Positions 1 to 10,883 of a DNA stretch of 64,000 bases are shown here, one piece after another. The notes under the pieces are model-generated. The model was not told the DNA's origin. It ran no database searches and saw nothing but the letters and a program-made list of their open reading frames with translations. The translations under genes were made by a program, and so were the position numbers. This DNA is from Terriglobia bacterium. Lineage in GTDB: Bacteria; Acidobacteriota; Terriglobia; JAJPHL01; JAPKYU01. The number at the start of each line of letters is the position of its first letter. The first letter of the stretch is position 1. The stretch spans positions 1,248,001-1,312,000 of the forward strand of contig CBDCVK010000010.1 in assembly GCA_965223005.1 (NCBI GenBank). The letters are read 5' to 3'.

Positions 1-999
1 GCCGAGGCCGACCTCGTCCTGTGCCTCGGCACCCGGCTCACCGATTTCAGCACGGGCTCCCGTTCGGTCTTCCAGCATCCGGACGTGAAGTTCATTAGCC
101 TGAACGTGTGCGGCCACGATGCCTACAAGCTGGGCGCCCTGCCGATCCTGGCCGACGCCCGCGAAGGCCTGCGCGCCTTGCTAGCGGCTGCCCGGGAAGC
201 TGGGATCCAACCCAGCGCTTCGTATGCCGAAGACGTATTGGCCGCCAAGCGCACTTGGCTAAAGCAGGTGAACGAGGAGATCTACCAGCAGGTGCCCGGG
301 GAAGGGATGAGCCAGGGGCAGTTGATCGGTGCGCTCAATGAGTCCGCCCAGGACGGCGACACCGTTATTGCTGCAGCGGGCAGCCCGCCAGGGGATCTGC
401 TTCGGCTCTGGGATACGAGCCGGGGACGGAAGTGTCACCTGGAGTTCGGCTACTCCTGCATGGCGTATGAAATTCCAGCCGCCTTGGGCGTGCGCATGGC
501 CCAGCCGAAGGGGGAGGTCTACGTGTATATTGGCGATGGCACGTACCTGATGAACCCCACCGAACTGGTGACCGCCGCGCAGGAAAACCTGAAGGTCACC
601 GTGGTCCTCTCGGACAATCACGGATTCCAGTGCATTCGCCAGCTCCAGATGGGCACCACTGGTCGGGACTTCGGCAACGAATACCGTGCCCGCGAGAAGA
701 AGACCAATCGGCTCACAGGCGAGTTCGTCCCCCTCGACTTCAAGCAAAACGCGGAAAGCATGGGGGCGCGCGCCTGGCATGTGAAAACGCCGGACGAGGT
801 GTGCCAGGCGCTACGGGAGGCCCGGAAGGAAAGCCGCCCCTGCGTGATCGTGGCTGCGACGGAACCCTATCGCTACGTGCCCTGGTCCGGTGTCTGGTGG
901 GATGTGGCCGCGGCGGAGGTGAGCGAGGATCCAGTGACCCAAAAACTGCGGAAGCAATACGAGCAAGCGCGAGACCAGTGGCAGCGCTTCTACTACTGA
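1..999 (+). CDS. iolD: 3D-(3,5/4)-trihydroxycyclohexane-1,2-dione acylhydrolase (5'-truncated)
   Basis: Frame open from base 1 (AEADLVLCLGTRLTDFSTGS); AAGSPPGDL, HLEFGYSCMAYEI and the ThDP motif GDGTYLM...N are typical of IolD. Confidence 0.9.
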   Translation, partial: AEADLVLCLGTRLTDFSTGSRSVFQHPDVKFISLNVCGHDAYKLGALPILADAREGLRALLAAAREAGIQPSASYAEDVLAAKRTWLKQVNEEIYQQVPGEGMSQGQLIGALNESAQDGDTVIAAAGSPPGDLLRLWDTSRGRKCHLEFGYSCMAYEIPAALGVRMAQPKGEVYVYIGDGTYLMNPTELVTAAQENLKVTVVLSDNHGFQCIRQLQMGTTGRDFGNEYRAREKKTNRLTGEFVPLDFKQNAESMGARAWHVKTPDEVCQALREARKESRPCVIVAATEPYRYVPWSGVWWDVAAAEVSEDPVTQKLRKQYEQARDQWQRFYY

Positions 1000-1177
1000 C
1001 AGGCATTTACAGGTACTGACAGGTTCGCGGCGGAACGTCCTGGCGGCGGAACGTCCTGCTGGATAAGAGGTGACAGAGTCGCCGGGCGTCAAGCCGCGCT
1101 GGTCTCTGGCCCCTAAGCAATAGCGATCTTGTGTGCGCCCGGGCTCACTGCCCGGAAAGGCGCAGGAAGGAAAGCAT

Positions 1178-1972
1178 ATGGGAGAAACTCCGAACCTCTT
1201 ACAGAAGATCCGGGAAGGGCAGGCCTGCCTGGGAACCTGCGTCAGCTTCACCGACCCAGCTGTCACCGAGACGCTGGCCGGCGCGCTGGACTTCATCTGG
1301 ATCGACACGGAACACGGCGCCCTTTCGCTGGAAAAGGTGCAGGGACACGTCATGGCGACCCGGGGAACCCAGGCGACACCGCTGGTCCGCGTGCCCTGGA
1401 ATGATCCGGTGTTGATCAAGCCCGTGCTGGACCTCGGCGCCGCCGGCATGATCTTGCCCATGGTTCGCAACGCCGAGGAGACACGCCGGGCCGTCGCCGG
1501 GTGCCTTTATCCACCCAAGGGGATCCGCGGCTACGGGCCGCGCCGCCCCACCAACTACGGCCGCGCTGGAGGGCCGGAGTTTTGCCGGCTGGCGAACGAG
1601 TCAATGATTGTGCTGGTGCAGGTCGAGCACATCGAGGCGGTCCAGAACATTGACGAAATTCTCGCCGTCCCGGGCCTCAGCGGGGTCGTCCTCGGCCCCT
1701 ACGATTTGTCCGGCTCGATGGGGCGACTGGGCGAAGTGCAGCATCCGGAGGTGGTTCAGGCCATGGACACTGTCATCCAGAAGGTCCGGAACACCGGGCG
1801 CGTGATGGGAATCGGCACTGGCTGCGATCCTAAGCAGGTCAGCCAGTTGATTGACAAGGGAGTGAACTTTTTGGCCCTGGGAGCCGATTACATGCTGTTG
1901 GCGCAGGCGGTTGATCAGCTCACCAGCAAGTTGCGGAAGCACACGGGCGCCGCGGCGACAGCCCGCGCGTAA
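1178..1972 (+). CDS. HpcH/HpaI aldolase family protein
   Basis: DFIWIDTEHG, VRVPWNDP, LDLGAAG, YPPKGIRG, QVE, GPYDLS motifs. Confidence 0.9.
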   Translation: MGETPNLLQKIREGQACLGTCVSFTDPAVTETLAGALDFIWIDTEHGALSLEKVQGHVMATRGTQATPLVRVPWNDPVLIKPVLDLGAAGMILPMVRNAEETRRAVAGCLYPPKGIRGYGPRRPTNYGRAGGPEFCRLANESMIVLVQVEHIEAVQNIDEILAVPGLSGVVLGPYDLSGSMGRLGEVQHPEVVQAMDTVIQKVRNTGRVMGIGTGCDPKQVSQLIDKGVNFLALGADYMLLAQAVDQLTSKLRKHTGAAATARA

Positions 1973-2172
1973 TCTCCGCAAGATTCAGGCTCTTGGCAGC
2001 GCCTCGCCGCTTGGGCTGCGCCGGCACTCTCTACTGCGGCCAGGCCCGCGTTTCTAACAGACGCTGGATGTGGGCTGCTTCCGAGTTCATGAGCGTAGTG
2101 TTTGAATTTTCCGCATCACAATGCTAGTGTGGACGCTTCTGTGAGCGACCCCCTAGGCAAGCGAGGAGCAGC

Positions 2173-2469
2173 ATGGAAGCTTTAGGCATGATCGAAACCC
2201 GCGGCTTGGTTGGTTCCATTGAAGCGGCCGACGCTATGGTGAAAGCGGCCAACGTAGTGCTGATCGGGCGCGAGTATATCGGGGCGGGCTACGTCACCGT
2301 GATGGTCCGAGGCGATGTCGGCGCGGTCAAGGCAGCCACGGATGCGGGAGCAGCGGCCGCCCGTCGGGTGGGAGAATTGGTCAGCGTCCACGTCATCCCG
2401 CGACCCCATGCCGAGGTGGAGAAATTCCTTCCCGGGGCGGCAGCGCCCAGCGGAGCCAAGAGCAAATAG
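2173..2469 (+). CDS. Bacterial microcompartment hexamer shell protein (EutM/PduA-like)
   Basis: [26 protein letters not shown]...[11 protein letters not shown]...VIPRPH; GAGGAG RBS upstream. Confidence 0.95.
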   Translation: MEALGMIETRGLVGSIEAADAMVKAANVVLIGREYIGAGYVTVMVRGDVGAVKAATDAGAAAARRVGELVSVHVIPRPHAEVEKFLPGAAAPSGAKSK

Positions 2470-2593
2470 GTAGGTGCCAGCCGTCGGGTTTCAGGTGTTG
2501 GGGAGGAACGATCCCGCACCGGGATCCGCTCCCGCGGAAAGCTGACACCGGACACCTTTGAAACCTGGCGCCTGAAATCCGACACTTGGCGTT

Positions 2594-4408
2594 ATGTTGC
2601 GTGACGCGGATCTGGTTTCTGTTCAGGAAGCGCGAGACCTGGCGGAAAAGGCCTACGAGGCTTCGCAGAAGTTCCTCGCCTACTCTCCAGAGCAAGTAGA
2701 CTCCATCATTGATGCAATGGCACAGGCGGCTATCGGCGCCGCGGAGGAACTGGCCCGCCTGGCTGTGGAAGAGACCGGCTATGGCAACGTAGCCGACAAG
2801 GTCGAGAAGAACCTGTTCGCCTCGCGCGACACCTACCGCGCCATCCGTCCGATGAAGACGGTAGGGATCGTGCGTGAGGATCTGGAGGCGCGGGTCCTCG
2901 AAGTTGCGGTTCCGGTAGGCGTGGTAGCTGCCGTGCTGCCTACTACCAATCCAACTTCCACTGCCATCGACAAAGTTCTGATTGCCCTGAAGGGCCGTAA
3001 TGCAATCGTGTTGAGCCCGCACCCGAACGCGATTCGTTGCATCTGTCATACGGCCGATCTGTTGTCCCAGGCGGCGAGGCAAGCAGGGGCGCCGGAGAAC
3101 GTGATCGGCTGCATGCGTACCCCAACGCTGGCCGGCACGCAGGAGCTGATGAGGCACCGGCGGACTGGCATGGTCCTCTCAACAGGAGGTGCGGGTGTCG
3201 TGAGGGCCGCCTACACCAGCGGGAAGCCCGCCTTTGGTGTCGGCCCGGGCAACGTGCCCGCGTTCATCGAGCGCAGCGCCGATGTTCGCAAGGCGGTGGC
3301 CGATATCGTGCGCGGGAAGTGCTTCGACCACGGCACCATCTGCTCCAGCGAGCAGGCGCTGGTGGCCGATGAGTCGCTGCGGGAGCAGGTGCTGGCTGAG
3401 CTGCGCGCCCAGGGCGCCTACCTGCTGAACGACAGCGAGATTCAGGCGCTGGCCCGCGTCCTGCTGACACCACAGTGGACGGTCAGCCCGCAGTGCGTCG
3501 GCAAGCCAGCCCATGTGGTCGCGCAGATTGCAGGATTTTCGGTGCCGCCCGAGACGCGCCTGCTGGTGGCTCCGCTCGGCGGCGTCGGCCGAGAGTATCC
3601 GCTATCGGCCGAGAAGCTCTCGCCGGTGCTGGCGCTCTTCTTCGTCAGGGACTTCGAAGAGGGCTGCCGCCTGTGCGAGAGCGTGTTGCGCTTTGGAGGT
3701 CTGGGCCATACCGTGGCCACTCACTCGCGAGACGAGGGGTTGATCCGCCAATTCGGGCTGCGCATGCCAGCCTTCCGGGTAGTGGTGAACTCGCCGGCTA
3801 CGCATGGGTCCGTCGGCTACAGCACCAGCCTGTTTCCTTCGATGACGCTGGGCTGCGGAGCCCTGGGAGGGAATACGACCGGGGACAACATTTCGCCGCT
3901 GCATCTGATCAACATCAAGCGAATCGCCTACGAGATCCGTCCGGTGACTCAAACCCAGCCGCATCAGCAGCAGCCAACCTCATCGGCTCGCGCTGCCGCG
4001 CCGCCCGCATCGGGGCTGGCGCCGACCCCGGCGGCGACAAGCACGTTGGTGCCGGATCGGCAGACGATCGCGCGGGTGGTCGAGCGTTTTCTCACGGCGA
4101 AGGGGATTTCTACGCGGGCGCAGCCGGCTTCGACGGGAATAGGGGGAAGCGGAACGGAGCCGCCGCCAGCGTCGCCTCCCGCCGCGGCGTCGATCTCACC
4201 GCCCATGGCCCCGCAGGAATCGACCGCCCCAGCTCCTGTAAAGGTGGTAGACTTCGTATGTGAGAGTGACGTGCGCGCGGCTCTGAACCGGAACGAAAAG
4301 ATTCATGTTGGGCCGCGCACGATCGTGACACCCTCCGCCCGCGATCTGGCCGCGGAAAACGACGTGCTGGTGATGAGCCAGGACGGGTTCCGTCGCCGCA
4401 AGGCCTGA
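2594..4408 (+). CDS. CoA-acylating aldehyde dehydrogenase with C-terminal linker/encapsulation extension
   Basis: [47 protein letters not shown]; Pro/Ala/Thr-rich tail. Confidence 0.9.
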   Translation: MLRDADLVSVQEARDLAEKAYEASQKFLAYSPEQVDSIIDAMAQAAIGAAEELARLAVEETGYGNVADKVEKNLFASRDTYRAIRPMKTVGIVREDLEARVLEVAVPVGVVAAVLPTTNPTSTAIDKVLIALKGRNAIVLSPHPNAIRCICHTADLLSQAARQAGAPENVIGCMRTPTLAGTQELMRHRRTGMVLSTGGAGVVRAAYTSGKPAFGVGPGNVPAFIERSADVRKAVADIVRGKCFDHGTICSSEQALVADESLREQVLAELRAQGAYLLNDSEIQALARVLLTPQWTVSPQCVGKPAHVVAQIAGFSVPPETRLLVAPLGGVGREYPLSAEKLSPVLALFFVRDFEEGCRLCESVLRFGGLGHTVATHSRDEGLIRQFGLRMPAFRVVVNSPATHGSVGYSTSLFPSMTLGCGALGGNTTGDNISPLHLINIKRIAYEIRPVTQTQPHQQQPTSSARAAAPPASGLAPTPAATSTLVPDRQTIARVVERFLTAKGISTRAQPASTGIGGSGTEPPPASPPAAASISPPMAPQESTAPAPVKVVDFVCESDVRAALNRNEKIHVGPRTIVTPSARDLAAENDVLVMSQDGFRRRKA

Positions 4409-4444
4409 GCGCGGTTTGGAGGAGCAGGCCTGCCGACGACTGCC

Positions 4445-4954
4445 ATGCCGCAGACCGAAGTCAACCTAGATCGCCTCCGCTCAGAGATGATGGACTACGT
4501 GCGCCAAACGGGGCTTCCCATCTTCTATGGGTTGGGGAACCCCGACGAGGAGGACTACACCTTCTGGGACGTTCGCGCCTTCCCTGATTGGCGCCAGTTT
4601 GTGGATGTGGGTAAAGAGTGCGGCGCGCGCCTGTTGTTGTTCAGCTCGGACACCTTCGCCGATGCTGAGCTGGAGCGGGTTTTTGAGAAGCTCGGCGAGT
4701 GCGAGATGAACTCGGAAGACCGGGTCTACTACATGAAGCAGTTTGAGGCGCTGCGGAAACGCGTCGGGCAGACCGCCTGGGTTCGCCTCGCCTTCGAGCA
4801 GGGCGGCCGCTGGCTTGCCTATGAGCACACCGCATCCTGGTACGAAGACTTCTGTTCTGTCCTCGAGGACCTGGAAACCTTGCTCCCCATCGGTGAAGAG
4901 GAAGAGGAAGAAGAAGGTGGCGACGCCAGCCGCGGCTTCTTTTCTCGCAACTAG
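4445..4954 (+). CDS. Hypothetical protein with acidic C-terminus
   Basis: 169-aa ORF with coding-like composition following the aldehyde dehydrogenase. Confidence 0.75.
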   Translation: MPQTEVNLDRLRSEMMDYVRQTGLPIFYGLGNPDEEDYTFWDVRAFPDWRQFVDVGKECGARLLLFSSDTFADAELERVFEKLGECEMNSEDRVYYMKQFEALRKRVGQTAWVRLAFEQGGRWLAYEHTASWYEDFCSVLEDLETLLPIGEEEEEEEGGDASRGFFSRN

Positions 4955-5031
4955 CGGTCGCCGCCAGATGTAGTGCCCGGCTTTGCGCTGGGCGTCGGAT
5001 CGCCGGGGCGAGCCGCCCACAAAGGGCGGCC

Positions 5032-5292
5032 CTACAGATCACGAACTCCCTCAGCGGTTGCCTCCAGGTCCACGCGGGCCACCCAGTCGCAATGGATTTT
5101 TCGGACCTGAAACCAGGCCGGGAGTTGCTCGCGACCCGGGGCGTCGAATTCGCCGAACAACCGGCCCTCGGTCCTATCGACCAGAAACCGAAGGGAGCGC
5201 AACTCGGGTGCGCCCGCCAGGGAGGCGGCCAGTTGCTGGGCGCCCTGGCGGGTCATGCAAGCCATGGAATGCGCCGTCAGGTAACGAGGCAT
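5032..5292 (-). CDS. Small hypothetical protein (DUF4242/SCO4226-like)
   Basis: MPRYLTAH...EGRLFGEFDAP...HCDWVARV resembles the DUF4242 pattern. Confidence 0.6.
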   Translation of the reverse strand: MPRYLTAHSMACMTRQGAQQLAASLAGAPELRSLRFLVDRTEGRLFGEFDAPGREQLPAWFQVRKIHCDWVARVDLEATAEGVRDL

Positions 5293-5531
5293 AGTTCACA
5301 CCTGCCGCGTCGATCCTTCTTGGTTTGCATGGAGGCTTGGTTTGCATGGAGGGCATGAAGCGACTCCGTGGCAGCCGGAGTAGTGTGCCACCTCGCCGCG
5401 CACCGTCGGCAGTGGACACCGGTCGGCTGCCAGGAAGCGCAGGTCTGCTTTTAAGCGCTGCCTCAGTTGACTTCTGGCAAAGGCGCGTGCTACGTTGACG
5501 CGATTTCACCGCCGCGGCTCACTACGTTGAG

Positions 5532-6185
5532 GTGGACTTGGCTGAAGTTGTCAAAGTTAGCGCTCAATCTCCCGAGCCGCCGCGTATCGAGTACGCAGCC
5601 GAATTGGTGCGTGGTGGTCGGGTGATTTCCGTCCCCACCGAGACCTTCTATGCCCTGTCCACGGACCCCTTCAATCTCTACGCAGTGGAAGAAATTTTCC
5701 AGATCAAAGGCCGCCCAAGCCACAAGCCCCTCTTGTTGTTAGTTGCCTCGATCGAGCAGGCCGAGGAGCTTTCCTCGGGTAACCTGCCGGATCGCTTTTA
5801 TGCCTTGGCACGTCGCTTTTGGCCTGGACCGCTGACGCTGGTGATCGAGGCGTCGCGCCGGGTACCGCTGAAGATCACCGGCAACACCGGCAAAGTAGCC
5901 GTGCGATTGCCCGATGCCCAGGTCCCGGTTTCCCTGACCCGCCTGATGGACATGCCGCTCATCGGGACCAGCGCCAACCTGGCGGGAACGAAGGAATGCA
6001 GCAATGCTCAGGAAGTGCAACATTGCCTGGGCGAGCGACTGCCGCTGATTTTGGATGGCGGCGAGTCGAAGATACAGGTCCCCTCCACCATTGTCGAGGT
6101 GAACCGCGAAGGCTGGCGGCTGATCCGCGAAGGTGCTATTCCCAGCGAACAGATCGCCGAGTTCCTTACACCGGGAAATGCCTGA
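5532..6185 (+). CDS. tsaC: L-threonylcarbamoyladenylate synthase (Sua5/YrdC)
   Basis: PTETFYAL, KGRPSHKPL, FWPGPLTL, TSAN motifs. Confidence 0.92.
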   Translation: MDLAEVVKVSAQSPEPPRIEYAAELVRGGRVISVPTETFYALSTDPFNLYAVEEIFQIKGRPSHKPLLLLVASIEQAEELSSGNLPDRFYALARRFWPGPLTLVIEASRRVPLKITGNTGKVAVRLPDAQVPVSLTRLMDMPLIGTSANLAGTKECSNAQEVQHCLGERLPLILDGGESKIQVPSTIVEVNREGWRLIREGAIPSEQIAEFLTPGNA

Positions 6186-6307
6186 GGCGCGCGCCGTTGG
6201 GCTGATCCGCTGTTTTTTTCCTCCCCCCTGGCCCGGGTTGCCACTCTCTGCCATCTCACGAGCTGCGAATTACAATCTTTTCGATATGGTTCCCCGCCTG
6301 GAAGGAG

Positions 6308-7189
6308 CTACGGCGGCGCGGCCCAGAACCGTTTGGGAAGGCGGGTGATCGCCACCGGATTCACCGCCTGCCCCTGCGCGTAGACTGCCCAGTGCAAATG
6401 CGGGCCGGTGCTGCGTCCCGTATTGCCAACTGTTCCCACCACCTGCCCCTGGGCAATCCTGCCACCGGGTTTCACTCGGATTTCTTTCAGGTGAAAGTAG
6501 GCGCTGATCACACCGTGGCCGTGATCCAGAAAGACCGAGTTCCCCGTCAAAACGAACGGCTCTGCGGCCAGGACCCTGCCGGCGTTCGCCGCGTAGACCG
6601 GAGTGCCGGGCTTCAGCGAGAAATCCAGGCCGCGGTGGTATCCGCGGAAGCTGGAGCCGCGCTGGCGGCTACTCTGGGCCTCGACGTAACGCCGCTGCCG
6701 GCCGAAACCGCGTCCTGCCTTGCTGCTCGGTGGCCGAAAGTTGCCTTTCCACAGTTGGATCGCAGACTTGGTGCGAAGGATCCGGCGGATGCGCTTGGAC
6801 TGTTCCTTGATCCGCGGGTCCTTCTGTAACGCCATGCGGTCCGGCTTCAGCCGGATGGTCTGGACAGGGCCGGTGTCCAGCTCGACGATGGACAACCGTC
6901 GGCGCGCCAGGGGTGCACCGCTGCCCTCAACCTGTATCACAAGCTCGGCCGTCCCTGTCTTCTGGAGCCGATCCACCGGGAGCAGAGTACGATAGCCGCC
7001 AGGGACCGGGTACAGGCGATACGTGCGCCCCAGCCACTGACAGGTGGGGTGGCCCAACGACGTCGGGCTTTCCAGCTCTAGGAACACCAGCCCGCCCTGA
7101 CGGATTTGCCTGGGCTCCACCAGAAGGGTCCATGAGTCCCCGGGCGAAAGGGCCAGCAGAAGACACGACAGCAGGACACCGAACACCAT
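6308..7189 (-). CDS. M23 family metallopeptidase
   Basis: HRGLD, DHGHG...YFHL, GRSTGPHLHW; start codon uncertain. Confidence 0.88.
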   Translation of the reverse strand: MVFGVLLSCLLLALSPGDSWTLLVEPRQIRQGGLVFLELESPTSLGHPTCQWLGRTYRLYPVPGGYRTLLPVDRLQKTGTAELVIQVEGSGAPLARRRLSIVELDTGPVQTIRLKPDRMALQKDPRIKEQSKRIRRILRTKSAIQLWKGNFRPPSSKAGRGFGRQRRYVEAQSSRQRGSSFRGYHRGLDFSLKPGTPVYAANAGRVLAAEPFVLTGNSVFLDHGHGVISAYFHLKEIRVKPGGRIAQGQVVGTVGNTGRSTGPHLHWAVYAQGQAVNPVAITRLPKRFWAAPP

Positions 7190-7241
7190 CAGCAGAAGTT
7201 TACAACGGGCGATTCCGACCCTCAGAAGCGAACGGCCGCAT

Positions 7242-8066
7242 TCAGGCTTGGCCTGCCTCCTCGTGATAAACCACAATGCCGGCGTAACCCACCACCGAGT
7301 CGCGGCCAGCCCCAGCGTCGGCGCTGGTCGCGTAGCGCACCAGGGAGGCGCGGTTGGCACCGAGCTGCCGAGCGGCAGTCAGCATGGCGATGACCGGCCC
7401 ATAGCCGCACATCGTGTTATTCTCACGCCGGAGCACTTCGAAGAGGCGGCGTGGATTCAACTCCAAGATGGCCTCGATCGCTTGGCGATCCTTGACGCGT
7501 GTGATGCCATCCGGCTCGTAGTGGTTCATGTCGCTGGAAGCGATGATCAGTAGCGGCCGGGCAGCTAAGGCCGCCGTTCGTCCCAGCGCCTGTCCCAATT
7601 CTTCCAGCCGGGTAAAGTCGCCCACGCCGACCGCGATGGGCACAAAGGTAAAGCTGGGCACCAGGCGCTGAACAAAAGGCAACGGCACCTCGAGGGCATG
7701 TTCCGTGGCGTGGGCTTCGGAATCCTCGCTGACCAGCGCGTACTCGCGCTTCAGCAGCTCTGCCATTTCTATGTCCACCGCGACCCGACCCAACGGCGTC
7801 AGCCACTCTCCGGACCCATACAGGGCCAGCGGCCGGCCACGCCCGGAGTGATTGGGGCAGAGGATCACCAGCAGTCGTGGAAGCTGCAAAGCGCCGTAGA
7901 CGGCTCCGGCAACGTGGCCGGAGTACACGTAACCGGCGTGAGGAACGACACAACCCAGTGCCCGCAAGGGTTCCGGGGCTGGGACGATGTAGCGGTCCAG
8001 ATCCCGGCCCAGGGTTTCCGGGTTGGCCGGATAGAAGCGTCCGGCCACCGCGGGCGATCGAAGCAT
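7242..8066 (-). CDS. amrB: AmmeMemoRadiSam system protein B (Memo-like)
   Basis: PAVAGRFYP, PHAGYVYSG, EHALEV, SSDMNHY, MCG, VVGY. Confidence 0.92.
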   Translation of the reverse strand: MLRSPAVAGRFYPANPETLGRDLDRYIVPAPEPLRALGCVVPHAGYVYSGHVAGAVYGALQLPRLLVILCPNHSGRGRPLALYGSGEWLTPLGRVAVDIEMAELLKREYALVSEDSEAHATEHALEVPLPFVQRLVPSFTFVPIAVGVGDFTRLEELGQALGRTAALAARPLLIIASSDMNHYEPDGITRVKDRQAIEAILELNPRRLFEVLRRENNTMCGYGPVIAMLTAARQLGANRASLVRYATSADAGAGRDSVVGYAGIVVYHEEAGQA

Positions 8067-8274
8067 GACCTGCCTCCCTCCACCAAAGATCCCATTCTAG
8101 CGGATGGAATTCACGGGTGCCAGCGCCCTGCGGGTCCTAGTCGGCTCGAAGGGGATTGCGTCTTGCACGCCTTCAGCTGCGGTGAGACTGGCGAGCCAAG
8201 CTGCGGAAAAGGTTGCCTGTGATCAGGAACGTACGCTAGAGAATCCGGGGAGAGTCTTTGGGATGCTTGTGAGG

Positions 8275-8559
8275 TTAGTGCCTCTCTTCGTCAACGGAAA
8301 TCTTCAACGCCTTGAGGAACTTCGCGTCCTGGGTAGTGAAGCGCACTCGTCCCGTGGGATTCGTCACGCTCTTCAGCGGCTCTTTCTTGATGCTTTCCTT
8401 CCGGCGGTTAAATCCGATCGTAGCTTCCAGCACCAGAAAGACGTCGTAGCCGGCGTGCTTGATGTTGCCGATGACTTCGGCAATCCGCTCGGATTCCGAC
8501 AGCGATTCGTTGATCGCGTCGCCCAGCTCCTTTATCAGTTGCTTTAGCTGCTCGTCCAA
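8275..8559 (-). CDS. Hypothetical protein
   Basis: 94-aa ORF with its own sigma70-like promoter. Confidence 0.7.
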   Translation of the reverse strand: MDEQLKQLIKELGDAINESLSESERIAEVIGNIKHAGYDVFLVLEATIGFNRRKESIKKEPLKSVTNPTGRVRFTTQDAKFLKALKISVDEERH

Positions 8560-8639
8560 GTTGACAATCCTTCTCTCGGTAGTATTGTCCCCTTGCGGTC
8601 TCGCGTACCCGCCTCAGCTTCTCCCGTGCACCTTCTGCG

Positions 8640-8668
8640 ATAGTAACCTTGAGGTGCAATCCTGTCAA
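8640..8668 (-). promoter_or_regulatory. Sigma70-type promoter TTGACA-17-TACTAT
   Basis: Near-consensus boxes upstream of 8275..8559. Confidence 0.6.
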
Positions 8669-8944
8669 CGAGAACCAGGAGAATTTGGGGCAGGTGGGTG
8701 AGCGCCCTGCGTGGAAGGCGCGTCTTCTTGTTTGGACGTGCGACACGCGGCTCTGGGTGCGTGTCCCGGTCCAACGGCCGGCGGATGTGCTCCATCGCTT
8801 GCCAGACGGCTTCTATGCCTTATACAATTGAGCCTTATACAATAGGGCCCGATACGATTTGGAGTAGTCTGTGTGCAGACTCTTCGCGCTCGCCGGCCGC
8901 GCGGTGTGGCGAGGCGAGTTTCACTTTTTGGAGCGACTCGAGGC

Positions 8945-10858
8945 ATGTTCCAGTTTTTTCGACGCAGAGACACATGGGTGCGGGTCTTCTTAGCGGCGCT
9001 ACTGCTGCTGGTCTGCATCATGCTGGTGGTGACTTTGATTCCCGGGATCGGGAGCGAGACTTCCGATGAGCTGGTAGTGGCCAGGATCGGCGGCGAGAAG
9101 GTTACCGGCACAGATTTGCTTCGCCAGCTCGAGCAGGTCACGAGGGGCAACCGGCTGCCCTCTGACCTACTCCCCCTGTATGCGCCACAGATCTTGGAGC
9201 GGCTGGTAACGGAGAAAGCGATTCTACAGGAAGCGCGGCGGCTGGGCCTGGCGGTCTCTACTGAGGAGCTGCTTGGCCAGGCGCGACTGAACCCCCAGCT
9301 TTTCCCCGATGGGAAATTCATTGGCCGCGACGTCGTTGAGACCCAGTACAGGATGAGCTTGGAGCGCTTTCAGGAGAGATTGCGCGACTCCTTGCTGGAG
9401 CTAAAGCTGCGCCACGTCGTTACCGCCGGCGTCACGGTGAGCGACCGGGAGGTAGCCCACGAGTTCCACCGCCGTAATGACAAGCTGCGCATCGAGTACG
9501 CGCTGCTCAAGACAGCTGATGTGAAAAGCACGCTGCGCGTCACCGGAGCCGAAGTCGCTGAGTTCTTCAAAAAGAACTCGGGCCGCTACCAGGTGCCCGA
9601 GCGCCGGCAGTTCAAGCTGCTGTACTTGCAAACCGCCAGGGTCGAGGACACCGTTTCGATCAGCGAGCAGGAACTACTCCGCTATTACAAGCAGAATCGG
9701 GACCGCTACCGCGTCGAAAACCGGGTGCGGGCTAGCCACATCCTGCTGAAGACCGTGGGCAAAGAGCCGGACGAAGTCGAGGCAGTGCGCAAGCGCGCCG
9801 AGAAAATCCTGGACCGGTTGCGCAAGAAGGAAGATTTCGCAAAGCTTGCCAGGCAGTATTCCGACGACGCGGCCACCACACCCAAGGGAGGCGACCTGGG
9901 CTGGATCGTACGCGGCCAGACCGTACCTGAATTTGAGGAGGAGGCCTTTTCGCTGGAGCCGGGCGCTCTCAGCGGTGTCATAAAGACACAGTATGGCTTT
10001 CACATCGTGAAGGTGCAGGAACGCCAGCGAGCTCATCAGCAGACGATCGAGGAGGTCCGCGACGAAATCCTGCCGTTAGTCACCCAGGAGAAGGCGGCTC
10101 GCGCCGCTGAAGAGCGGGTGCAGAAGGCGCAGAGGGACCTCCGGGAAAATCCCGGTACCTTCCAGGCCGTGGCGGAGCAACTGGGCGTACCGGTGCTCGA
10201 GACGAACCTGTTGAAACGCGGCGAACCCCTGCCCAACATCGGCGTGTCGCCAGCGCTGGAGGACGCGTTGTACTCGGCGACCCTCCAGCCGAACAAGATG
10301 ACGCCCGTGGTTCCGGTTCGCGACGGCTTCGTGGTGGGTTTCCTGGTGCGCATCAACCCGGCGCATCCGGCCGAATTGGCAGAAGTCCGCGAGCGAGTGG
10401 AAAACGATCTGCGCCTTGAACAAGCTGCGCAGCAGGTGCTTTCCCGAATGCAGGATCTGGCCGAGCGGGCTCGCAAGCGAAAGAATCTGAAGAGGGCGGC
10501 AGCCTCCCGCAAACTTACCGTGAAGACCAGCGAGGCGTTCACCAGCCAAGATGGCCTGCCCGATTTGGGTGTCCCCGGTGGTCTGTGGGAAGCTGCGTCG
10601 TCTTTGAGCGTAGGGGAGATCGGCGGACCATTGGCGGTCGCCGACGGGCAGGTCGTCTTCCGCCTCCTGGAACAGCAGCCGGCCCCGGCCGAAGAACTGG
10701 CCAGCAGCAGCGATGCGTTGCGCCGAGAGCTGCTAGAGGCCAAGCGTAATCTGGCCTACCAGTTGTTCGCCGACCACTTGAAGGCGCGCCTGGAAGCCGA
10801 GGGAAAGCTGCGAGTGGATGAAGCGGCAATGAAGCGCCTGACCGCCTCGTTACCGTAG
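8945..10858 (+). CDS. ppiD: PpiD/SurA-like peptidyl-prolyl isomerase chaperone
   Basis: N-terminal TM, SurA_N region, parvulin motifs RASHILL, FAKLARQYSDD, GGDLGW, YGFHIVKV. Confidence 0.85.
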   Translation: MFQFFRRRDTWVRVFLAALLLLVCIMLVVTLIPGIGSETSDELVVARIGGEKVTGTDLLRQLEQVTRGNRLPSDLLPLYAPQILERLVTEKAILQEARRLGLAVSTEELLGQARLNPQLFPDGKFIGRDVVETQYRMSLERFQERLRDSLLELKLRHVVTAGVTVSDREVAHEFHRRNDKLRIEYALLKTADVKSTLRVTGAEVAEFFKKNSGRYQVPERRQFKLLYLQTARVEDTVSISEQELLRYYKQNRDRYRVENRVRASHILLKTVGKEPDEVEAVRKRAEKILDRLRKKEDFAKLARQYSDDAATTPKGGDLGWIVRGQTVPEFEEEAFSLEPGALSGVIKTQYGFHIVKVQERQRAHQQTIEEVRDEILPLVTQEKAARAAEERVQKAQRDLRENPGTFQAVAEQLGVPVLETNLLKRGEPLPNIGVSPALEDALYSATLQPNKMTPVVPVRDGFVVGFLVRINPAHPAELAEVRERVENDLRLEQAAQQVLSRMQDLAERARKRKNLKRAAASRKLTVKTSEAFTSQDGLPDLGVPGGLWEAASSLSVGEIGGPLAVADGQVVFRLLEQQPAPAEELASSSDALRRELLEAKRNLAYQLFADHLKARLEAEGKLRVDEAAMKRLTASLP

Positions 10859-10883
10859 CGGGACGCGCCTCCCGACGGGGATA

